64,000 bases of DNA, from the NCBI GenBank assembly GCA_963817895.1, contig CAWFQB010000001.1:1634021-1698020 (forward strand), written 5' to 3'. This document shows positions 39,549 to 48,879 of this stretch, in pieces. The notes below the pieces were generated by a model that saw only the letters and a program-made list of their open reading frames with translations, ran no database searches and was not told the origin of the DNA. A program made the position numbers and the translations under genes. Numbering within the stretch: the stretch's first letter is position 1; every line of letters begins with the position of its first letter. This DNA comes from an uncultured Chthonomonadaceae bacterium (GTDB lineage Bacteria > Armatimonadota > Chthonomonadetes > Chthonomonadales > Chthonomonadaceae).

Positions 39549-42500
39549 CACAAACAACCTCCCCACCGCATCCCGCAACGGGTCGGTTTCCTTCATTGCG
39601 GCGGCGCGGGCGAACACGAGGCCCGGTTGGGGTGAGCGCATGGCGCGGGTAAGGACGCCATACCCTGTATGCGCCTGTTCCGCGAACAGGGCTTTCTGAA
39701 CGTCAATCCATTGCTGAGAACCCCGGGCAATGCCTTCGCGCGCGCCGATGCAGTTCATAAAGAATTCCTGCGGCGTCAGGCCGTCGCGGTAGCCATGCTG
39801 AATGGTAAACCGGCTGCCGTTCAGAGTGGACACGACGCCCTGCGCTCCAACTACTTTCAGCAGCAGGCGCATTCCACCCCGCGCGCCACTGGCAAGCGTG
39901 AGCAGAACCGGGTCCGCAAGTTCTGCCGGCTGCCGCATCCGTTCGGCAATGCGGGCCGCGAACTCTTCCAGCCAGGCGTTCCACGCTTCGGGCGCATTGC
40001 CGATGGGACGCGGCGGGGCGGGCCAATTCTCGCCCAAAAACGGGCCGTATCCGCTTCCCATGCCTCGCGCCACCTCGAAACCGCGCATCGTAAGCGCGTG
40101 AAGAGTGTTCAAAGCGGGTTCGATTGCGGAATCGCCTTCTCGCGTCAGGCGTTGGCGCAACGGTTCTTCCAGCGCTTTTCGCGTCAGCAGGCCGTTTTCC
40201 TGCGCAACTGCAAAGCCGGTAATCTGCTCGAGTTCGGTTCGGCCTTCGGGCGTTCGCGTCAAAAACGCCAGCCCCAGCCGCGCGTCGTGCAGGGGACGGA
40301 GCAGAGACAGCACATCAGGGTCGCGCCGCAAATGGCCTGCAATCGTCAGGGTTTCGCCCGCTTCCTTTTGCGCCGCATCCGTAACGGGCAGAAACACGTT
40401 TGCCAGGTCGCCATCGAAGTCCAGACCCAACAGACCGCAGGCGAAAGGGTGTACCTGAATAGCCTGGCCGGGAATGCGAACCGGATGATAAGCCACAATG
40501 CCGGTTGCGGTCATCGTGGGCGCGCGATTAAGCAACACCCACGAACGCGCCATAACCTCATCCAGTATTTTTGCCGCTTCTGTAGTACGGGCTTGAACAG
40601 GTTCCATGCTGCCCATTTCACGCGCTGCAAGCGGAGCGAATAGCGTCCACGCGATTTCTTCCGGCAATCCCACCTGATCTGGTAACAGGTCCTTGCCAAT
40701 GGCAGCAACGGCTTGCCCGCTGAACTGCGTCCGCGCGCTGAATTTCAGATGCGTGGGCGTCAACAGAACCTCAAAGAACGCTTGCAGCCGCGTTTGCTGC
40801 TCACCCCGCGCCTGCGCCAGCAGGCTGTCGGGAGCCTGTCCCGCCCGCATCCGCGCCAGTCGCGCATTGGCTTCGACAAGCGCCCCATACTCGGGCAGTT
40901 CCACAAACGCGCCAATTCGAGACAGGGATATTTCCGGGTTCCAGGGATGCGGCGCGGGTTCGGCCAGTTCCAGTATCTCGCCTTCCGGTTCCGAAAGATG
41001 AAACGCCAGCCCCTGTTCGGAAAGGTCGCAGGCAATACCGCCACTTGCAAGCCGACGCGCCACGTCCGCCCACTGCGGCGCGGGGGCAGTGGACTGCTCG
41101 ACCACCCCTTCCGCCAGACGCTGCGGCAAGCGTTGCGGCGTCCGTTCGCGCCGCCGCCCGCGTGTTGAATGTTTCGCGGATGTTTTCATTTGCGCCCGCC
41201 ATACGCAGCACATGAAATTCCGCCTGCCCAATGCGCGAACAGTGAGCGGGCGAAGCCGTCGCGCGTATTTTGTCCCCGGCCACATGGTACAGCCGTCCCC
41301 AGTACACCCATCCAACGGTACCCGGCGCGAACATGGGCGGGCCATTCTTATCTATGGTCAGCGTTCTCATGCCGCTCGGCGGCAATCCGGCAGTCATTAT
41401 CCGCGCTTGTAACTCTGCATCATCGGGCGCGGCAAACGGCGGCACGATAATCGGTTCGCCCTCCGCTTTCGCCGCGCAGCTCAAAACCGCCTCGCGCGTT
41501 TGCCCGAACGTCATACGGCTGTGCAGGCTCATCGGGCTGAAGGCCAACTCGACGGGCGTTCGCCGCTCGGTTCCATCGCTGTTGGTTTCCAGCAGGTGCG
41601 GCATGGCGTCATCCGGCACAATCCGCGCAACCACGCCCTTGTTGCCATGCCGATTGCTCAATTTGTCGCCCGGTTGTATGGGAAAGGGGTAGTTCAGCCG
41701 TCGGGCGCAGGATTGGCTGATAAGAATACTGTCATCGAATGTGTCTATTCCGCCCGCAACATACGCGGTGAGCAAATTGCGCCCGCACCAGAAGTCCGGC
41801 GCGTTGGTGGGTTCGCTCCCCGTTTGTATCAGCGCGGGTTCCGGGTCGGGCGGAACAATCCACTGCCATAACATGTTAGCGGCCATGACCAGACGGCACG
41901 AGTCGTTGTGTTCCAAAAATGGAAGCATCCGCGCGTTCGCGCCCAGATTGCCGAGCGGACTGTCGTCTACAACAATCAATTTGCCGTGGCGGATTGTCGC
42001 GCCCGTCGCTACCACCAGAATCCGCCCCACATTCGGGCCTTCCGGGGTTTCTATGGGACACGTCGCGCCCGAAATGTCCCTGCGTGAACATGCGCGGATT
42101 GTCCGGCAGGACAATGCGGCGCAATTGCGTGTGCCGTTCCAGCCAGCGCGCTTTCGCTTCCCAGGGCATTTTCGGCACTGCCTGCCCGCGCAATCGAATG
42201 AACTCCTCAACCCATGTTTCCAGCGGCAGCCACGTTCGCAGCAGATTTTCGTCCCATTCCAGTTCGAGCGGCGCTTCGCCCAACCGGGCCGCGCAACAGG
42301 CGTGTAGTTGCTCGCCCGCGCACTGAATGTCGGCCTGCTCCAATTCGTCCGAAGACGCTATCGGCAGCACAACATACTCTTTCCCATTCACTACAAACAC
42401 CCCATCCGCATCCGGCTGCGGCACATTGGTAAACGTCACTTTCAGCGTGTTCGCGCCCACTCCAATCTCAATCGTCACCCGACACGCATATTCCCCCGCG

Positions 42501-42691
42501 CTTTCCACGCCGTACCCCACCAGCGGAACCCGGCTGACCAGCAATTGCGGCAGCGTTTCCCGCAAAAACCGCGCATAACTCGCCCGATGCCAGGGCGCGG
42601 CAAAGGATGAAGGATGAAGGATGAAGGATGAATCCACTCCTGCAATCTCCTTTTCTCCTTTTCTCCTTTTCTCCTCTTCTTCTCTTCTCAT
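39543..42691 (-). CDS. Minimised single-chain RNA polymerase beta-beta' fusion homolog (~1048 aa after correcting two +1 indels near 42064 and 41125)
   Basis: RpoB motifs in order: DGVFVVNG, HFGR.CPIETPEGPNVG, LPFLEHND..R.VMAANM..Q, TFDDSILIS, IQPGDKLSNRHGNKGVV, SRMTFGQ, GWVYWGRLYH..DK. Then RpoC motifs in order: LAEPAPHPW, FSGQAV, VLLNRAPT, GLDFDGD, SGARG, YRDGLT..EFF...GAREG, ETDPLR. Confidence 0.88.
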
Positions 42692-43275
42692 TCTTCCTCT
42701 CCTTGTTCCGCGTTCCAGCAGCGGCTTAGATGTTTACGGGCGTGGTACAGGCGGGACTTGACCGTGCCTTCGGGGATGTCGAGCAGGTCGGCAACGTCGC
42801 GCAGTTCCATGTCTTCCTCGTAGACCAGGCGCAGCATGGCGCGCCGGGCTTCGGGCAGGCCGGCAACCAGACGGCGCAGGCGATGAGACTCCTCGGATTG
42901 CAGGGCGCATTGTTCCGGGGTGGGCGTAGCCGTGTCCAGCATCCACGCCGGGGGCGCATCGTCCGCGCTGTCCGCGTCACCGGATTCCAACGATTGTTCG
43001 CGCCGACGCTTGCGATTGCGCAGGTCGTTGAGGGCAAGGTTGGTGGCAACCCGAAACAGCCATGATTTTACGGTTCCGCGTCCGTCCCACTGCTCGGCCC
43101 GCGTCCATACCCGCAGCAGGGTTTCTTGCAGCAGGTCATCCGCCACATCGGGCTGACGCGCCATGCCGATCAAGTACCGCCGCAAGGTATCCCGATACCG
43201 CGCTGCCAGTGTTTCAAACGCCTGCCCATTCCTCGCCGCGATTTTCGCCAGTAGTTCTTCATCCGACAGCATCAT
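42688..43275 (-). CDS. ECF RNA polymerase sigma factor, coupled to the RNAP-like gene
   Basis: SDEELL...AFETL..RY, ADDLLQET.LRVW, KSWLFRVATNLALN.LR, VADLLDIPEGTVKSRLYHARKHL; ATGA overlap at 42688-42691. Confidence 0.95.
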   Translation of the reverse strand: MMLSDEELLAKIAARNGQAFETLAARYRDTLRRYLIGMARQPDVADDLLQETLLRVWTRAEQWDGRGTVKSWLFRVATNLALNDLRNRKRRREQSLESGDADSADDAPPAWMLDTATPTPEQCALQSEESHRLRRLVAGLPEARRAMLRLVYEEDMELRDVADLLDIPEGTVKSRLYHARKHLSRCWNAEQGEEE

Positions 43276-43395
43276 TGCTTCCTTAATAAATGGAGAGTGC
43301 CGCGAAGGAACGCGCCGAAATCATTTAGCCGCAAATCTGCGCGAATGGACACAAATACCGGAAACCGTGTCACAATACCTGATACACCGCTCAGG

Positions 43396-43482
43396 ACACC
43401 ACAGGAGAAGCAACGGTTCAATATCCGTGTTGTTTTCTTTTTTCTCTGTGAAACCTCTGTGTCTCTGCGCCTCTGTGGTGAA
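43396..43482. repeat. Degenerate palindromic/low-complexity repeat element upstream of the sigma gene
   Basis: caccacagga... vs ctctgtgaaacctctgtgtctctgcgcctctgtggtg; same style as the 12820-13006 element. Confidence 0.4.
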
Positions 43483-43595
43483 GGTTTCAAAGTCCGATAC
43501 ATTGGCGAAACCCTCCCCGCTTCGCGCCCGTAGTGGCTTCGGACGCCTTCTCATGCCATAACAATAAACACCTGAACACCGAGAAATTAGCTGAT

Positions 43596-45326
43596 ATGTT
43601 CCGAAAAATTCTGTTGGGCTGCGGCCTGCCGTTATTGTTGGTTGTCATCATCGCTTCCGTTGCCGCGCGAAAGCTGCTGAAGCCCGTACCTACGCCGGAA
43701 CGAACCGAAACCGCGCAAAAGGGCGACGTGGAAATCAAGGTTGTGGAAACCGGGCAGATCGAACCCCTGCGCAAAGTGGACGTGAAATCCAAAGCGGGCG
43801 GGCGTATTTTGCGCCTGTTTGTCGAGGAGGGCGCGACGATACGGCAGGGCCAGATACTGGCGACCATTGACCCGCAGGAGATCAACAGTCAGGTGGCCGC
43901 TCTGCGCGCGCAGTTGTCCGCGTCGCAGGCGCGGCTTGCCGCCGCCCGCACCAACGTCGGCTACCAGCAGTCGCAAACCAGCACGGGCATTGACCAGTAC
44001 CGCCAAAACCTCGCCGCCACGAAAGCGCGGCTGGAAAGCGCGGAAGCCGAAGCCCACGCGCAGCCCACGCTGACCGCGCAAACTGTGGACATCGCGCAGT
44101 CCAATCTGGACGCGGCAAAGGCGCAATTGAAAGCGCAGCAGGACAATTTCAATCTGATGGCGCAGTCCACGCACCCCAATACGGTTGTTTCCGCGCAGGC
44201 CGCTTACGATCAGGCGAAATCGCAACACGCCAACGCCCTTAAAAATGTGAAGCGTCAGCAGCAGCTTTTGTCGAAAGGCTTTGTGTCGCAGCAGGTCGTG
44301 GACAGCGCGCAGGTGGATGCGGATGTGGCCGATTCGCGCATGACCGAAGCCAAAACTCGGCTTGACCGCATGGAACAGACCAACAATTTAGAAGAGGCCA
44401 ACCTGCGCAGCCAGATTGCAGCCGCGCAGTCGCAGGTACGGCAAATGGAGGCCGCGTTCGCGCAGTCGAAATCCACCACATTGCCGCTGACCAAGCAGCG
44501 CGATCTTGACAGCGCGCGGGCCGCGTACGCGCAGGCGAAAGCGCAACTGCAGCAGGCGCAGGCGGGCGTCGCGCAAAACTCTATGCGGGGTTCGGACGCC
44601 CTTGCCGCCGCAGCGGAAGTGCAGCAGATACAGCAGCAGTTGAATGAGCGTCTGGTTAATCAGGGCGACACAACCTTAGTCTCGCCCATGACCGGCGTGG
44701 TCACGAAGCGTTACGCGGAAGTGGGCAACCTGATTACGTCCGCTATCGCGTCGTTTTCTTCGGGTACGCCCGTCTATCAGGTGGCAGATACAGGTACGAT
44801 GCTCGTCAAACTCAATGTCAATGAGGTGGACATCGGCAAGGTGAAGCGTGGACTCGCCGCCGAAGTGACCATTGACGCTTCCAAGGGCGCGAAATACGAC
44901 GGGCGCGTCCGCAAAGTGTCCCCGGCGTCGCTGACCGATGCGAGCGGCAGCAGCGGCACGGGGCAAAGCGTGGTGCGCTTCCCCGTCGAAATCCAAATTA
45001 CGCCCAACCCGAACCGCCCGATGTTGCGTCCGGGCATGAGCGCGCGCTGCGCCATCATCGTGGCCCGCCGCCGCCAAACCCTGCGCCTGCCCGTCAACTG
45101 CGTCAACACCATTGACAACAAAAGCACAGTTCAAATCGTCACCAGCGCGCAGAAGAACGGCGAAACCGTTGAAACCACGCAGCCGCGCGATGTGGTTGTC
45201 GGACTGCGCGGCGACGACTTTGTAGAGATCGTGTCCGGCCTGCGCGAAGGCGAAAAAGTCCGGCCCAATCCCTACTCCGGTCCCAAACGCAAAGAGATTG
45301 ACTTTGATGCGGGGGACAAGCGTTAA
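43596..45326 (+). CDS. MacA/HlyD-like efflux periplasmic adaptor with a long coiled coil
   Basis: TG.IEPLRKVDVKSKAGG.I, SPMTGVV, VNEVDIGKV, LRPGMSA, VEIVSGL.EGEKV. Confidence 0.9.
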   Translation: MFRKILLGCGLPLLLVVIIASVAARKLLKPVPTPERTETAQKGDVEIKVVETGQIEPLRKVDVKSKAGGRILRLFVEEGATIRQGQILATIDPQEINSQVAALRAQLSASQARLAAARTNVGYQQSQTSTGIDQYRQNLAATKARLESAEAEAHAQPTLTAQTVDIAQSNLDAAKAQLKAQQDNFNLMAQSTHPNTVVSAQAAYDQAKSQHANALKNVKRQQQLLSKGFVSQQVVDSAQVDADVADSRMTEAKTRLDRMEQTNNLEEANLRSQIAAAQSQVRQMEAAFAQSKSTTLPLTKQRDLDSARAAYAQAKAQLQQAQAGVAQNSMRGSDALAAAAEVQQIQQQLNERLVNQGDTTLVSPMTGVVTKRYAEVGNLITSAIASFSSGTPVYQVADTGTMLVKLNVNEVDIGKVKRGLAAEVTIDASKGAKYDGRVRKVSPASLTDASGSSGTGQSVVRFPVEIQITPNPNRPMLRPGMSARCAIIVARRRQTLRLPVNCVNTIDNKSTVQIVTSAQKNGETVETTQPRDVVVGLRGDDFVEIVSGLREGEKVRPNPYSGPKRKEIDFDAGDKR

Positions 45327-45412
45327 GATACGAGATACGAGATACAAGATAGGAGTAAATGCGCTCAACTCGTACCTCGTATCTTGTATCTCGTATCTCG
45401 TATCTCGTATCT
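45326..45412. repeat. Inverted tandem-repeat hairpin, unit AGATACG / CGTATCT, with a mirrored variant unit
   Basis: agatacgagatacgagatacaagatag directly after TAA; tcgtatcttgtatctcgtatctcgtatctcgtatct. Confidence 0.85.
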
Positions 45413-45421
45413 ACCTAACCC

Positions 45422-46672
45422 ATGAACTTCCTCTACTCCATACAAACGGCGTTCGACAATTTGCTCGCCAATAAAATGCGGTCACTGCTGACCATGCTCG
45501 GCGTGATTATCGGCGTCGGGGCGGTGATCGTCATGGTGGCGATTGTGCAGGGCGCGTCGGCCCGCGTCACGGGCGAGTTTCAGCGGCTCGGGTCGAGCCT
45601 GATTATCATCTATTACGAACCTGACAGCAAGGATCGCAAAACGTCCACGCGCCGTCTGGACGGCATGACGATGGACGACGTGCGGGCGATTGAGCAGCAG
45701 TGCGACCTGATTAAAGGCATCTCGGCGGAACTGCCCATTCCCGGCGGCACGGAGAATGTCAAGCGCGGCGACAAGACCATGGCGGGAACCATCAACGGCG
45801 TTTTGCCCGCGTATGAGCAGTTACGCAACGCGCAGGTTTCACAGGGGCGCTTTGTCAACCAGTCGGATGTCGAAACGTGGGCCAAAGTGTGTATCATCGG
45901 GGATAAAATTCGCGAGGAGATGTTCGGCAAGGCCGATCCAATCGGCCAGAACATCGAAGTGAGCGGGCAAAACTTAACCGTTGTGGGCGTATTGGCGAAG
46001 AAGGGGCGTTCGCTGGAGGGGGACGCGGACAAATCCATTTACGTTCCGCTGACGACGGTACAGAAGCGGTATCTTGGACGCGAACTGGTGGGCGTGATGT
46101 GGGCGGAACCCAAAGACCCGACCAAAATCAATCTGGCAATGGAGCAGGTGTGGCAAAATCTGATGCGCCGCCACGACAACATTCCGGGTTTCCACATTGA
46201 CAGTCAGGAAAACATCCTCAACAGCATCAACAAAATTCTGGCCGTGTTCGGAATCGTGTTAGGTTCCATCGCCGGACTTGCCCTCCTTGTGGGCGGCATT
46301 GGCATTATGAACATCATGCTCGTCTCGGTCACGGAACGAACCCGCGAAATCGGCATCCGCAAAGCCATCGGCGCGAAACGGCGCGACATTCTGCTGCAAT
46401 TCCTGATCGAATCGGCAACCGTTTCCGGCTTGGGCGGCTTGATCGGCATCGCGTCCGGCGCGGGTTTCGCCTATACCGTCGGCTACCTGACGCAGTTCAT
46501 CCCCTCCATGACCGATCCGCAAACGGGCGCGAAAGGGCTGTCCATCTATCTGGCTCCCAGCGTGTCTTTGGGCGCGTTCGCCTTCAGCGCGTTCGTGGGC
46601 GTGTTCTTCGGCATCTACCCCGCCATCCGCGCTTCCCGGCTAGACCCCATAGAAGCCCTCCGCCACGAATAG
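45422..46672 (+). CDS. MacB/FtsX-like ABC transporter permease
   Basis: [57 protein letters not shown]. Confidence 0.93.
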   Translation: MNFLYSIQTAFDNLLANKMRSLLTMLGVIIGVGAVIVMVAIVQGASARVTGEFQRLGSSLIIIYYEPDSKDRKTSTRRLDGMTMDDVRAIEQQCDLIKGISAELPIPGGTENVKRGDKTMAGTINGVLPAYEQLRNAQVSQGRFVNQSDVETWAKVCIIGDKIREEMFGKADPIGQNIEVSGQNLTVVGVLAKKGRSLEGDADKSIYVPLTTVQKRYLGRELVGVMWAEPKDPTKINLAMEQVWQNLMRRHDNIPGFHIDSQENILNSINKILAVFGIVLGSIAGLALLVGGIGIMNIMLVSVTERTREIGIRKAIGAKRRDILLQFLIESATVSGLGGLIGIASGAGFAYTVGYLTQFIPSMTDPQTGAKGLSIYLAPSVSLGAFAFSAFVGVFFGIYPAIRASRLDPIEALRHE

Positions 46673-46804
46673 CCCGACTGTTACAGCGCGGCATTGGTGT
46701 GGATTGTACCTGATGCCACTTTGACAATACAGCCGTTTGTGGCATAATAATCCTATAGCAAATGGATTGACCTGCTGACGCATGAATAGGGCGGTAACTT
46801 TGCC

Positions 46805-47104
46805 ATGACACAAACCGAACAAGCCAATGAACTTTTTCTTGATGAAGTGCGACAGATTCCTGGCGTACTGATTGCAAAACCCTATGGCGGCAGAACGCTT
46901 GCCGAGCAATCCATTGCGGTTGTCGTGCCTGCCTTGCGCACACCTACCTCCCGGCAAGTGTTTGAATTGGAAGGCGAAACCCTGCGTTCGTTCCCCGAAG
47001 CGCGTCTGGAAGTTCGCGTCATCGGCCTCAAAGAGTGTAACGTTGATTCCTCTCAGCTTACATCATTTATGAAGCCTGATTATTCTGATCTTGCCATTGG
47101 ATGA
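46805..47104 (+). CDS. Small hypothetical protein
   Basis: 99-aa ORF with an upstream TTGACA...CATAAT promoter-like sequence. Confidence 0.5.
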   Translation: MTQTEQANELFLDEVRQIPGVLIAKPYGGRTLAEQSIAVVVPALRTPTSRQVFELEGETLRSFPEARLEVRVIGLKECNVDSSQLTSFMKPDYSDLAIG

Positions 47105-48788
47105 GAAGTTTTCTCACGCTTTCATGCTTGACCCTATATGTGATCTCACGTCCTTTCAAAACTTGAAGATGATTCACATGCGATTGTAATACTTTCTCCG
47201 CATATAGTTTTACCTGCGCGTCAATCGCTTGCATGGATTGATTATAGTCAGCCTTTGCTGCTATAATAGCCGCTTCTATTTGTGGTTTGTTCTTCCTTTT
47301 GCGCCATATTTCCAATGGATTAGTTAAACCCCATATTGGTTGAGAGTGTACTTCCTCAGAGGCTTCGGCAACGGCATTATTATAGCGACGTTTGATTATC
47401 TCGAAAGTCTCACGGTAACGATAGTTTGTGTCCTTGATGCGACGAACCATTTTATCCACAGAACCATACTCTGGCTTCTTTGCCTCTTCAAGGTATCGTA
47501 ACTGAGTGTCTTCCAAAATGGCGAGACAATGCTGTTGCGCACTTTCAAGATGTTGAACCACTACCGTCTTGACCAGTTCAGGCCATGCCCGACATGAGCG
47601 AAACAGTTGCCGCAACCCCTCCATTCCCAAATCGCTGATTTTCTGTAGGTTCACTTCAACATTGTATTGAACTTGAGCGAGTTCGGGTATGTTCAATCCT
47701 GCGAGTTGTTCAACTTTATGCGCTTGGTGCAGTAACTCCAGACACTGTTCCAGTTTTGCGGTTGTATTTTCTCTGTCCCGTTCAAGCCGTTGCGTGTAGT
47801 TACTGAAAAACTCTGTCAAGATTTCGGAGAAATCTTCTTCTGCTAGAATTCTAGCCATAGCAGAAGGCCGGTGTTCCATATATTCCCGTAAGAAACGCAT
47901 TGCCTCTTTAGTGTTATGACTCTTTGCGGCGTAACGCGCAGCATCAAATATGGCTTCCGAGTCATGGTACAAACTGTAGTACAGGCTTATCGTTTCAAAT
48001 GCAGCAGCAAACTTCCCCTGTAGATATTGCATGTGGGCAAGGTGCCGAAGATTATTTTCATATAGCCTGTTTACAATATCGTCACCGCATAAACGACGGG
48101 CGCGATCAAATGCCTGTTCTGCATCAACATAGTTATTGTCCTGCTTCCACAACAGCCAGCCAATATTGAACCACACAATTGGATCTTGTCTGCCAATATG
48201 GTTATCAGCCACAACGCGGAAGAGGCGCATTGCATCCTTGTAATCTTCGTCTCGATCTTGACCTGTGCAATTCATGCCCTGATTGAGCCACTTAATGGCG
48301 TTGTTACGCAGTTCAAGAGATTGCGTCTGATAAGGGGTAGATAAGGTGTTAGAAATTTCTTGCAATGCCTGCTGTTGCGCGAACATCTGATCGGCAATAT
48401 TTGCAAATTCCTCCAAAAGGCGCGCTTGCAAATCATCAACTGCCGCTTCAATATTTTCGAGGTGTGCAATAGTTTTTAGACTTGATCTATTGAGGTTCTG
48501 GACACCAACGTTTATCTGCGCAACATCATTCTGCATCATCCCCATACTGTATTCAACATCACGCAGTAAGTTGTTCGTAATGGATTGCTGATGTGCAACT
48601 TTCTCCAAGTTCTGAACTGTGGCTGCCGCTTGAACATACTGCTGGCGCAGAGCAAACGCTTGGTAATGAAGAAGCTGAGAACTGTTCTGCGCAATGACGT
48701 TGAGATGGTAATGGTTGTCTATATCGCGAAAACGCTGAAGTTCGCTTTGCCCTGATTTGACGATATATGGAATCAACGAATCTGACAT
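47067..48788 (-). CDS. TPR-containing coiled-coil protein (AT-rich, accessory)
   Basis: Helical repeats (VWFNIGWLLW....YVDAEQAFDRA; LRHLAHMQYLQGKFAAAFE) flanked by coiled coils. Confidence 0.7.
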   Translation of the reverse strand: MSDSLIPYIVKSGQSELQRFRDIDNHYHLNVIAQNSSQLLHYQAFALRQQYVQAAATVQNLEKVAHQQSITNNLLRDVEYSMGMMQNDVAQINVGVQNLNRSSLKTIAHLENIEAAVDDLQARLLEEFANIADQMFAQQQALQEISNTLSTPYQTQSLELRNNAIKWLNQGMNCTGQDRDEDYKDAMRLFRVVADNHIGRQDPIVWFNIGWLLWKQDNNYVDAEQAFDRARRLCGDDIVNRLYENNLRHLAHMQYLQGKFAAAFETISLYYSLYHDSEAIFDAARYAAKSHNTKEAMRFLREYMEHRPSAMARILAEEDFSEILTEFFSNYTQRLERDRENTTAKLEQCLELLHQAHKVEQLAGLNIPELAQVQYNVEVNLQKISDLGMEGLRQLFRSCRAWPELVKTVVVQHLESAQQHCLAILEDTQLRYLEEAKKPEYGSVDKMVRRIKDTNYRYRETFEIIKRRYNNAVAEASEEVHSQPIWGLTNPLEIWRKRKNKPQIEAAIIAAKADYNQSMQAIDAQVKLYAEKVLQSHVNHLQVLKGREITYRVKHESVRKLLIQWQDQNNQAS

Positions 48789-48879
48789 CTTTAAATTCCT
48801 CATCAACAGCATTACGGCGTTGTAGACTAAAACCTTACAAACTTTCTCACAGCCAGACGATATGCTGCATATTCAGGTA

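Noticed and set aside
39543..42691. Housekeeping rpoB/rpoC, or random debris of them
   Set aside because: Far too short, highly diverged, lacks ribosomal-protein context and is coupled to an ECF sigma. Deletions coincide with domain boundaries while catalytic motifs persist.
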